Of a stretch of DNA of 64,000 bases, positions 21,043 through 29,844 are shown one piece after another (position 1 is the first letter of the stretch; each line of letters begins with the position of its first letter). The notes below the pieces were generated by a model. The model saw nothing but the letters and a program-made list of their open reading frames with translations, ran no database searches and was not told the DNA's origin. The DNA comes from a bacterium (GTDB taxonomy: Bacteria; Zhuqueibacterota; Zhuqueibacteria; Residuimicrobiales; Krinioviventaceae): positions 96,001 through 160,000 of the forward strand of contig CAXXFV010000016.1 of assembly GCA_963674595.2 (NCBI GenBank), given 5' to 3'. The position numbers and the translations under genes are program-made.

Positions 21043-21705
21043 TTATTCTGCCACATTTGCCTGTGCTGAAATGTTTTTTAATATGACCAGGCCCGTCATT
21101 ATACCTCTTCGGACTTCCGGATTGGACATTTCTTTTAACAGGGCCAGCATCGAGGTTTCTTTAGGCAAATCTGTGTCCAAATTTCGATAAACCGTAATGA
21201 CATTTTGCACAATTCTTAAAATTTCCGGCTGTGTTAACTGTTTTACCGTATCCAAAATCAAAATGATGTTTTCACCTAATTTACGAACATCTTGTTCTGA
21301 ATATGTTGAAACAATACGATCAACAATCTGCAAAGTTTCTTTAAAAAAGATAAAATAGCCTTTTTGCTCCATTTCATTGAGTTGATGCAAAACAGTTTGA
21401 AACATCTCTTTACTCAGAGGTGTTGTGTCTTTAATAAGATCGGTTGCACTTTCCAGTTGATCAAATAAACCTGAAATGGACCGGATATTCCGCAACAGTT
21501 TTTTTATAAAGAAAAACAAGTCCTCTGAACTGAAATGAGGGGCGATTTCATCCAGTTCCTGGACGGTTGATTTGTATACATCACTGATGATAGGCGTTAA
21601 TTCTTTACCGAGCTCATCCCATTTCTTTTGACGCTGCTGGGTAATCATGACCTGTTCTGTAAGAAAGTCAATTTTTTTATGCAAAAGCTGCAGATCCTTT
21701 TCCAT
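21043..21705 (-). CDS. DUF1641-domain helical protein
   Basis: C-terminal SMLALLKEMSNPEVRRG motif; lies directly downstream of sqr. Confidence 0.75.
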   Translation of the reverse strand: MEKDLQLLHKKIDFLTEQVMITQQRQKKWDELGKELTPIISDVYKSTVQELDEIAPHFSSEDLFFFIKKLLRNIRSISGLFDQLESATDLIKDTTPLSKEMFQTVLHQLNEMEQKGYFIFFKETLQIVDRIVSTYSEQDVRKLGENIILILDTVKQLTQPEILRIVQNVITVYRNLDTDLPKETSMLALLKEMSNPEVRRGIMTGLVILKNISAQANVAE

Positions 21706-21722
21706 AGTAATAACCTCCTTTC

Positions 21723-22952
21723 TTAGCGTTTTTTTCCGGCCATGTTCATTTGCGCTTCAATGGGTAATTCCGAACCTTTTATTAACAAATTCCAATATAT
21801 CCATCGAAACATCATTTTACCCCAATGATTCATGCTTGTTTCCTGCAACAGGGAAAAGGGGCCTATTCCCGGCAATGGGAATTTCCCCGGCAATGGTTCC
21901 ACATCATAATTGAAATCGATCAACAGACCCTTGCCAAAACCGGATTCTATAAAACAATTGGCATGACCATCAAAACCCTCTGAAAGAGGTAATCCTTCAA
22001 TATATCGAATAATATTATCCGTCAGTACATCGGCCTGAAAATGTGCAACAGAGCCGGCTTTGGAACTGGGCAAGTCTGTAGCATCACCGAGAACAAAAAT
22101 ATTTTCGTGTTCCTTTGACTGCAATGTGTGTTTATGCGTGGGAACAAATCCCAACTCATCACCCAGTCCGGAACGTTCGATGACCGGATCACCCATATTT
22201 ACCGGAACCGTGACCAGAACATCATAGTCCACCTCTTTATCATCCCACGAAATCAGTTTGTTATTTTCAGAATCAACACGGCTGACACTAAATTCCGGGA
22301 CAAGATTTATGTTTTTCTTTTCCAAAAAATCACCTAAAATTTGGGCGGCTTTGGGTTTTGTAAATGCGCCCGGTAAAGGGGTAACAAAAGTCAGATCTAC
22401 CTTGTCCCGAATACCTTTTTCTGTAAACCACCAGTCTGCCAGAAACAGAAATTCCAACGGTGCAACAGGGCATTTAATAGGCATTTCCATTACATTCAAA
22501 ACAAGTCTTCCGCCTTCCCAATGTTTCAGGAATTTTTGCAACTGACATGCGCCTTCAATCGTATAAAAATCAAAAATATTCTTGTGCCAGTTATCTTTTT
22601 TTAATCCTTCTGTCTCTTCCGGGACAATTCGTGAGCCGGTTGCAATGATTAACAAGTCATATCCGAGGATTTTATTGTTAGCCAGCTTTACACGATTTTT
22701 TTCCGGCTCAATAAGCTCAATGTCTGAAAGAATTAATTCAACAGAAGGGGGTATATAGTCACGCTTGGGTTTTATAACATCTGAGCATGTGTATATATCA
22801 AAGGGTATAAACAGAAATCCGGGTTGATAATAATGTGTTTTGTGCTTGTCAACAATCGTTATGTGCCATTCTTCCTGGTCCAAAAGATGTGACATTTTGT
22901 TGGCCATTATTGTTCCAGCCGTTCCGGCTCCCAATATTAACAGCTTTTTCAT
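21723..22952 (-). CDS. sqr: Sulfide:quinone oxidoreductase (type III-like)
   Basis: GAGTAG, HYYQPG, IATG, KCPVAPLE, GDA..P.SKAGS.AH, GHANCF; both redox Cys present. Confidence 0.85.
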   Translation of the reverse strand: MKKLLILGAGTAGTIMANKMSHLLDQEEWHITIVDKHKTHYYQPGFLFIPFDIYTCSDVIKPKRDYIPPSVELILSDIELIEPEKNRVKLANNKILGYDLLIIATGSRIVPEETEGLKKDNWHKNIFDFYTIEGACQLQKFLKHWEGGRLVLNVMEMPIKCPVAPLEFLFLADWWFTEKGIRDKVDLTFVTPLPGAFTKPKAAQILGDFLEKKNINLVPEFSVSRVDSENNKLISWDDKEVDYDVLVTVPVNMGDPVIERSGLGDELGFVPTHKHTLQSKEHENIFVLGDATDLPSSKAGSVAHFQADVLTDNIIRYIEGLPLSEGFDGHANCFIESGFGKGLLIDFNYDVEPLPGKFPLPGIGPFSLLQETSMNHWGKMMFRWIYWNLLIKGSELPIEAQMNMAGKKR

Positions 22953-23105
22953 ACAAACACCTCTTTTTTAATAGAATACAACACATTTACTGTTAATTAT
23001 ATTGCATTGCTGATATTATCTTTTATTTATGTGATGATTAGGAAATAGAGATGATTCAATGAAAAATGGAATATTATGACTATCTCTATAAAACATGGCA
23101 GATCA

Positions 23106-23133
23106 TGTAACAAATTATTGATAAGAGCGTATA
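23106..23133 (+). promoter_or_regulatory. ECF-sigma-type promoter
   Basis: TGTAAC-16 nt-CGTATA, about 70 nt upstream of the adaptor start. Confidence 0.55.
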
Positions 23134-23203
23134 AGTCCTTGTAACACCCCTTCCTAAAAACTACAAAAGGTTGCCATTAAAATATCACGAGGAGATGTTT
23201 TTC

Positions 23204-24304
23204 ATGAAAGGAAAATCAAAAAAAAGAATTATTTGGATACTGGTTGGTATTTGTCTGATCGTTTGTGTTGTCTTTTTTGTTGCTTTAAAATCAAAAGATA
23301 ATAAAGTAACCCGCCGTGTTGTTAAAGTTGAAAAGGCCACCATTGTTGATAAAGCGCTTGCTGTCGGCTCCATCGAACCGATAAATGAAATCGCTGTTAA
23401 ATCTCAAATTCCCGGTGTTGTTGGTAAGCTGTATGTGAATGTGGGTGATTTTGCATCTGCCGGTGATCCTCTTTTGGAAGTAAAGCCTGACCCCACGCCA
23501 CAAGAACTTGTGCAGACGAAACGAAATGTTGAAATGGCCGCCATTGAACTGGCCAAACTTAGAAAAGAATTGGAACGAAATACCCAGCTAAAAGAAAAGG
23601 GACTAATTTCTGATCAGGACTTTGAAGTGTTGGAAAAACAATATGATGAATCTTTTTTAAAACATAAAATTGCCAAAGAACAACTGGAACTGCTGGAAAA
23701 AGGCAAGGTTAGAATTGCGGATACAAATATTGAAACCGTTATAAAATCTCCCATATCCGGTTATATTTTAGATAAACTGGTTAATGTTGGTGATCCTGTG
23801 GTGCCTTTAACATCTTATCAGGCCGGGACTGAACTGTTACGAATGGCCAATATGTCAAATTTATTGTTCAAGGGGACGGTTGATGAAATTGATGTCGGAA
23901 AAATAAGTGAAAGTTTAAAAGCCGATTTGCAAATCGGGGCATTACCCGGTAAAACAGTCACCGGTCATGTCAGTCTTATTTCTTTAAAAGCACGCAAAGA
24001 AGATAATACAACCGTTTTTCCGATTGAAATTGTAATCGATGAAACAAATGAAGCTGTGCTGCGGGCCGGTTTTTCTGCGAATGCGAATATTATTATTGCC
24101 AAACGCGACAGTGTCTTGTCAATACCAGAGCGTGTGATTACTTTTCGTAATGATTCTGCCTTTGTTTATATCCCTCAGGGAGAGGAAGGCAAAAAAGAAA
24201 TTTTTATTGAAACCGGTTTAAGTGATGCCATTAATATTGAAGTTGTTTCCGGACTTGAAAAGGGCCAGGAAGTGTTGGAAAAAGAAAGTAAAGAAATTAT
24301 ATAG
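23204..24304 (+). CDS. MacA/YknX-like periplasmic adaptor (membrane fusion protein)
   Basis: N-terminal TM, VKSQIPG.V..L.V..GD, coiled coil, IKSPISG, VDEID, GLSD..EVVSGL; AGGAGA SD. Confidence 0.9.
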   Translation: MKGKSKKRIIWILVGICLIVCVVFFVALKSKDNKVTRRVVKVEKATIVDKALAVGSIEPINEIAVKSQIPGVVGKLYVNVGDFASAGDPLLEVKPDPTPQELVQTKRNVEMAAIELAKLRKELERNTQLKEKGLISDQDFEVLEKQYDESFLKHKIAKEQLELLEKGKVRIADTNIETVIKSPISGYILDKLVNVGDPVVPLTSYQAGTELLRMANMSNLLFKGTVDEIDVGKISESLKADLQIGALPGKTVTGHVSLISLKARKEDNTTVFPIEIVIDETNEAVLRAGFSANANIIIAKRDSVLSIPERVITFRNDSAFVYIPQGEEGKKEIFIETGLSDAINIEVVSGLEKGQEVLEKESKEII

Positions 24305-24313
24305 GTCATAATT

Positions 24314-25552
24314 ATGATTCAGTTTAAAGAGACGTTCTTTCAGGTTTTACGGTACATACGTCAATATAAATTGCGTACTTTTATGACAATGTTTGGTCTG
24401 ATTTGGGGGACGATGACAGTCATTTTATTGTTGGCGTTTGGTGTCGGTTTGAAAAAAGCCATGAGTAAAAACATGCACGGTATGGGAGACGGCATTGCCA
24501 TTATGTGGCCCGGAAGTACCAGCATTCCTTATAATGGTTATGGACGTGATCGTCGTATTCGATTTCACGCAGATGACATTCCTATTCTACGTCGTGAAAT
24601 ACCGGAAATTAAATATATCAGCCAGGAATACAGTGAATGGGGGATACCTGTTCGGGTTGGCGATAAAGTCAACAAGACCAGTGTTGCCGGTATAATCCCG
24701 GAGTATGGCCCCATGCGAAATGTCTGGCCCCAGCCGGGCGGACGCTGGCTGCATGATCCGGACATTAAAGACAGAAAACGGGTGGCTTTTATTGGCAACA
24801 AACTTAAGGATTTATTGTTTGGCGAACAAACCAATGCCGTGGGCAAGTATATTATGATCGGTGACTCACCTTTTATGGTTATTGGTGTTCTCAGGAAAAA
24901 AACACAACCTTCTTGTTATACAACACGGGACCAGGACCGTGTATATATTCCGGCCTCAACATTTGAATCATTTTTTGGCCATCGTTATTTAGCCAATATT
25001 GTTTATAAATTGCATGATCCAACTAAAAACGAGTATGTCGAAAATCGTTTGAATCAGGTTTATGCCAAAATGTATGTCTTTGATCCCACTGATAAAGAAA
25101 CTTTGCACATTTGGGACACAACCGAGATGGACAAGTTTATTCATTATTTTTCTCTGGGATTTAATATTTTTATGGGAGTAATTGGTGTGTTCACGCTCAT
25201 TGTCGGCGGTATCGGTTTGGCCAATATTATGTATGTTGTTGTTCAGGAACGGACCCGGGAAATCGGGGTGAAACGGGCCGTCGGCGCCAAACGAACTCAT
25301 ATTATGAGTCAGTTGATACAGGAGACATTTATTATTTTGGGCTTTGGTGCTTTTTTAGGATTTATGCTGGCTGTGTTGCTAATAAAGGCGATCTCGTTGT
25401 TCCCGTTAAAGGATATCGTCGGTCATCCGGAACTGTCCTGGTCCGTTGCAATTATTTCTTCATTAATTTTGGTATTAATTGGATTTATTGCCGGTTTTTT
25501 TCCGGCCCGTAAAGCAGCACGGTTAAATGTTGTCGATTGTTTGAGATTTTAA
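24314..25552 (+). CDS. MacB/FtsX-family ABC permease
   Basis: LRTFMTMFGLIWG, GGIGLANIM...ERTREIG.KRAVGA, PARKAA.L. Confidence 0.92.
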   Translation: MIQFKETFFQVLRYIRQYKLRTFMTMFGLIWGTMTVILLLAFGVGLKKAMSKNMHGMGDGIAIMWPGSTSIPYNGYGRDRRIRFHADDIPILRREIPEIKYISQEYSEWGIPVRVGDKVNKTSVAGIIPEYGPMRNVWPQPGGRWLHDPDIKDRKRVAFIGNKLKDLLFGEQTNAVGKYIMIGDSPFMVIGVLRKKTQPSCYTTRDQDRVYIPASTFESFFGHRYLANIVYKLHDPTKNEYVENRLNQVYAKMYVFDPTDKETLHIWDTTEMDKFIHYFSLGFNIFMGVIGVFTLIVGGIGLANIMYVVVQERTREIGVKRAVGAKRTHIMSQLIQETFIILGFGAFLGFMLAVLLIKAISLFPLKDIVGHPELSWSVAIISSLILVLIGFIAGFFPARKAARLNVVDCLRF

Positions 25553-25569
25553 CTATTCAAGGATGGATT

Positions 25570-26814
25570 ATGCATATTCTTTTACTGTTAAAAGAATTTT
25601 TTGATGATATAAAAAAACAAAAGACCAGGGCTTTTTTAACAACCATCGCCATTACCTGGGGGACATTGACGGTCATTTTGTTGATGGCTTTTGGTGAAGG
25701 ACTGAGCTTTCGTATGCAGCAGGGGATGTTAAACGCCGGTGACCGAATTATTCGCGTCTACGGCGGTCAAACAACAAAAAAATTTATGGGATTGCCGATA
25801 GGCAGGCGCATAAGGCTTGTTGAGGATGACGCTGCCATGTTGAAAAAGTCTGTGCCCCTTATATCCGATGTGAATGCTATGATCGGTAAACATATCCGTA
25901 TCCGTAAAGATGACAAAATTTCTTCCACCTATATGGAGGGAATTTACCCTGCTTTTGAGGTTCTTAGAAGAACACCCCCCAATCCCGGCGGTCGATTCAT
26001 CAACGATATGGACCTTGTCGAACGCCGCCGTGTTGTTTTTTTAGGTGGTGAACTGGCCAAAGAGCTGTTTGGCGTTGCGGATCCCATCGGCCAATCTGTT
26101 TATATCGATGGTCTGCCTTTTAAAGTCATTGGCACCATGCCGAAAAAGTTACAGACATCTATGAATTACGGACCGGATGACCGCCGTGCCATTATTCCTT
26201 ATTCTACATTCGAAAGTATTTACGGCTATCGTTACGTGCAGGAAATTATCATCAAACCGCGTACTGTTGATGTCAGTGAAAAAGTCATCAAACAGGTGCG
26301 TGAGATTATGGGTCGCAAATATCAGTTTGATCCGACCGATGAACGCGCTTTGCCCATGTGGGATTTTATTGAGCAGGAAAAGGAAAGTGCCAAGGTTTTT
26401 TTAGGTATTAACATCTTTTTAGCGGTTATCGGGGTGATGACGCTGATTATTGCCGGGGTTGGTGTGGCCAATATTATGTATGTTGTTGCCAAAGAACGCA
26501 CCCAGGAAATTGGTATTAAAAGGGCCGTCGGCGCCAGGAAGAGCCATATTATATTTCAGTTTATTTTCGAGTCTTTGTTGATTTCTTTTATCGGCGGGAT
26601 TTTGGGGTTATTATTAGCATCCGGTTTGATCAAGCTGATCTGGACCATTCCGGTCAAAGAAGGCGCAACCGAATTTTTATTAAGACCGCTTATGTCCGGT
26701 TCGGTGGTTATCCTTTCCATTTCCATATTGACGCTGATCGGTCTGCTGGCTGGTTTGTTTCCGGCCCGAAAAGCCGCCAATGTCGATCCTGTTGAAGCTC
26801 TCCGTTATGAATAG
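25570..26814 (+). CDS. MacB/FtsX-family ABC permease (second paralog)
   Basis: GVGVANIM...ERTQEIGIKRAVGA, PARKAA.VDPVEALRYE. Confidence 0.92.
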   Translation: MHILLLLKEFFDDIKKQKTRAFLTTIAITWGTLTVILLMAFGEGLSFRMQQGMLNAGDRIIRVYGGQTTKKFMGLPIGRRIRLVEDDAAMLKKSVPLISDVNAMIGKHIRIRKDDKISSTYMEGIYPAFEVLRRTPPNPGGRFINDMDLVERRRVVFLGGELAKELFGVADPIGQSVYIDGLPFKVIGTMPKKLQTSMNYGPDDRRAIIPYSTFESIYGYRYVQEIIIKPRTVDVSEKVIKQVREIMGRKYQFDPTDERALPMWDFIEQEKESAKVFLGINIFLAVIGVMTLIIAGVGVANIMYVVAKERTQEIGIKRAVGARKSHIIFQFIFESLLISFIGGILGLLLASGLIKLIWTIPVKEGATEFLLRPLMSGSVVILSISILTLIGLLAGLFPARKAANVDPVEALRYE

Positions 26815-26824
26815 AATTAATATT

Positions 26825-26862
26825 AAAAAAAGAGGCTGTAAATAAAATACAGCCTCTTTTTT
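26825..26862. terminator. Bidirectional intrinsic terminator
   Basis: AAAAAAAGAGGCTGTA-aataaaa-TACAGCCTCTTTTTT. Confidence 0.85.
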
Positions 26863-26902
26863 CATGGGGTAACTGTTTTCGGAACGGAACAAAAAATTTT
26901 TG

Positions 26903-29275
26903 TTACAATTGCAGCAGCATTTTTATTGTTTTTGTGCTATGGTCTGTTCTCAAACGGCAAAAGTAAATGCCTGATGGCAATGTTTGGTCTGACGGACCTG
27001 TTGCGTTCCATTTAAAATGATAACTGCCCTGGTGAAAATTTTTATCCGCCAGGGTGCATATATGTTGTCCCAGTACATTAAATATTTCCAGATAAACATG
27101 GGAGGATCGTTCCAGAGAAAATTCTATTTTTGTCGAGCTGTTAAAAGGATTCGGGTAATTGTTGAATAATTTAAAATCCTTGATGAGCGGGATTGGTTTT
27201 TCTGTTACACCGGTCGTGTTTTCAAAACACAACAACCCGCTGCCTTGTGTGGCGGCGTATATTTTATCGGGATTTTCCGGATCAAACATGATTTTATTAA
27301 CGTATGCACAACCCTCCGGTAAGGCCGGTTCAAACAAACTCCATGTTTTTCCGGCGTTATGGCTGGAATAGATGTTTACACCGGCGGCGATCACATTGTT
27401 AGTGTCTGCCGGGTTAACAGTAACCGAAAAAATATGTTTATCAGCTAAAAGAGTATCATTTAATACATACCATGACTGTCCGGCATCACCTGATTTTAAC
27501 ATAGCAAAAGAGTTGGCGGTATATAGAGTATTTTCATTTAAAGGATTAAAATAAATTTCATCTAAATTCCAGATATTATTTTGTATGTTTTGGCATGTGT
27601 ACTGCCAGGTGTCACCCATGTTGTTCGACATGTATATGCCGTGAGGACTGTTGATGTTTTGGAACTCTGTACAAAGGTAAAGTGTAGAATAATTACTGTT
27701 TACCGTTAAATAGACGACGTTCATTGATATGTTTGAAAATGTCAGTTTTTGCCAATCACTGCCGATCCCCTGGCGTCGATAAAATCCGTTTGTCGTGCCT
27801 AAAAATAATGTTTCATCCGGCACCGGCAGCAGGCATATTGGAGTACCGAATTCTGATTCGAGGAAAATATCATTCTTAATTATGGCATTGTTTGCTTTTA
27901 TATGATAAATTTTTGCCATATAATCTTTGTAGGTGCCATGATAGCCTTCGAATGAAAGGCAGAACAGGTCCTGTGGTTGCGGACCGGCTTTTATATCAAA
28001 CACAACATTCATCCCGCTGTCAATATCAACGTCCCGCCACTCTGCATCCTTTTTTTTGGCATATAAACCGGCGCCGTCAGTACCCAGATACAACGTTGTT
28101 CCGTCATTATCGCTCATGTTCATGGCATTGTGCGATAAAGCCTTAAGGTTTTTAGACTTTTTTACCCATTTTTTGTTATCTCTGTCTTCAATGTAAATTC
28201 CGTCCTCTGTGCCGACATAAACAGATGGTTTTGTTGTCCCAAGCATGGACCGGACGCAGGTGTTGTCAAGACCGTTGTTTTGTGCGGTCCAGTTTACGCC
28301 GTTGTCTGTGGAAATGTATATACCGTTCCATGTTCCGATATACAGGGTATCATGAATGTTATCATTGTATAATGTACACACGGATTTTGGTAAAACTCTG
28401 TTCATCAGTACCTTTTCCCAGACCAGCCCGTGGTTGGTTGTTTTGTATAGACCGGTATCGCCGCCGACAAACAAAATCGTCGAGTCTGACTCGTCACAAT
28501 AGGTAAAATAAAAAGTATCGTCCGGAAGGTTGCCGGAAATTTCCTGCCAGCCGTCCCGCCCTCCGTCACGGGACATATAAATCCCATCCAGGGTACAAAT
28601 GTACAACCGGTCCGGATCGTGTGGAGAAGGCGTCAGGTGGACAATATCTCTGGACCCCAGCCCGGTATTCAATACATACCATGTTTCGCCGCCGTCGTCG
28701 GACCGGAAAAAGCCGTTATATGGTTGGACAGCTTTATATAGACCCATAAAAATAATGTCGGGTTTTTCCTGGTGAAAGCGAATAGCCGCTATAAATCCGT
28801 TTCCGATCATGGCCAGCGGACGCTCCCATGTCAGGCCCAGGTCCGTACTTTTGTACAGGCCGCTGGCTGTTCCGACCAGCAGACAGTTATGTTGATATTC
28901 AAGGCTGTGTATTGCCGCGCTGTAATAATAGGCCGGATCAATAATAATCTTTTCCCATGATTCTCCGGCATCCGTACTTTTGTACAATCCGCCCATCCCA
29001 TGTGCCCCGATGAAAATAGTATCCGATTGTGAAGAAACTGTCACCATCGACATGAAACTGCCGCCTTCAGGTCCGCAAAATCCCCAGCTTTTGCTGCCGT
29101 TGTTTTTTGACAGTCTCTCCGTTTTTTCAGATGGATGTGATGTGATTTTTGAAAAATTTGTTAAACCGGGATAAAACATGTCTCCGGCATAAAGAAGTGA
29201 TAAAGAAAACCAAATAAGATAAAACAATACCGAAATTTGAACTGTTTTTTTGAAAGGTGACATTTTTTGCTCCAA
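26903..29275 (-). CDS. Secreted Asp-box (BNR) beta-propeller protein with T9SS type A/FlgD-Ig C-terminal sorting domain
   Basis: About 9 SxDxGxTW repeats; C-terminal NYPNPFNSST..IFNVLGQ..SGIYFCRL. The start may be the ATG at 29263. Confidence 0.85.
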   Translation of the reverse strand: MEQKMSPFKKTVQISVLFYLIWFSLSLLYAGDMFYPGLTNFSKITSHPSEKTERLSKNNGSKSWGFCGPEGGSFMSMVTVSSQSDTIFIGAHGMGGLYKSTDAGESWEKIIIDPAYYYSAAIHSLEYQHNCLLVGTASGLYKSTDLGLTWERPLAMIGNGFIAAIRFHQEKPDIIFMGLYKAVQPYNGFFRSDDGGETWYVLNTGLGSRDIVHLTPSPHDPDRLYICTLDGIYMSRDGGRDGWQEISGNLPDDTFYFTYCDESDSTILFVGGDTGLYKTTNHGLVWEKVLMNRVLPKSVCTLYNDNIHDTLYIGTWNGIYISTDNGVNWTAQNNGLDNTCVRSMLGTTKPSVYVGTEDGIYIEDRDNKKWVKKSKNLKALSHNAMNMSDNDGTTLYLGTDGAGLYAKKKDAEWRDVDIDSGMNVVFDIKAGPQPQDLFCLSFEGYHGTYKDYMAKIYHIKANNAIIKNDIFLESEFGTPICLLPVPDETLFLGTTNGFYRRQGIGSDWQKLTFSNISMNVVYLTVNSNYSTLYLCTEFQNINSPHGIYMSNNMGDTWQYTCQNIQNNIWNLDEIYFNPLNENTLYTANSFAMLKSGDAGQSWYVLNDTLLADKHIFSVTVNPADTNNVIAAGVNIYSSHNAGKTWSLFEPALPEGCAYVNKIMFDPENPDKIYAATQGSGLLCFENTTGVTEKPIPLIKDFKLFNNYPNPFNSSTKIEFSLERSSHVYLEIFNVLGQHICTLADKNFHQGSYHFKWNATGPSDQTLPSGIYFCRLRTDHSTKTIKMLLQL

Positions 29276-29676
29276 AATTAAATGGCAAGTAAATAGTTAT
29301 CAACTTGATGTTGCTGAATTAACCAACAATCCCTTAATTTAATAGATTGGAAAAATTGCTTACTGTTATGGATTGTATTAATGAGCCACTTTGTTTTGTA
29401 ACAAATTTATAGGTGTCGTCTCCCAGTATGTTTCAAGTATATATGGACTTTACAAATAAAAGTCCAATTTGTCAATATTTTAAATCCGTTTCTTTAATGA
29501 AAAATTTTTTTCTGAATAAATAGATAATTTTATGGAAATATTATTTCTTTCTGGTAAAAAGTTTCTATTTCTTATTGAATACATCTTGTACTCCGTGCCG
29601 TAATATGTTAAAAATATTCTTTTACCTGCCCATAGCGGATTATTTTTAGGTATATAGACGTTTTAGTACTAGTAAA

Positions 29677-29692
29677 TGGCATAATTGATGCA
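29677..29692 (+). promoter_or_regulatory. Putative sigma54 (-24/-12) promoter
   Basis: TGGCATAATTGATGCA, with GG and GC 10 nt apart, about 150 nt before the giant cargo gene. Confidence 0.45.
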
Positions 29693-29844
29693 ATAGGCTG
29701 CCTGATAAATTAGATGCAAATTTTATTAAATCGTATGTTTTTACAAGTTGTTGTTTTTAATTAAACTAGTGGATGGGTTGTTTGATGACTTTAATGATGT
29801 CGGACACTTTTGTGGCATTCAGGAAACATCAAATATGTAATGCG

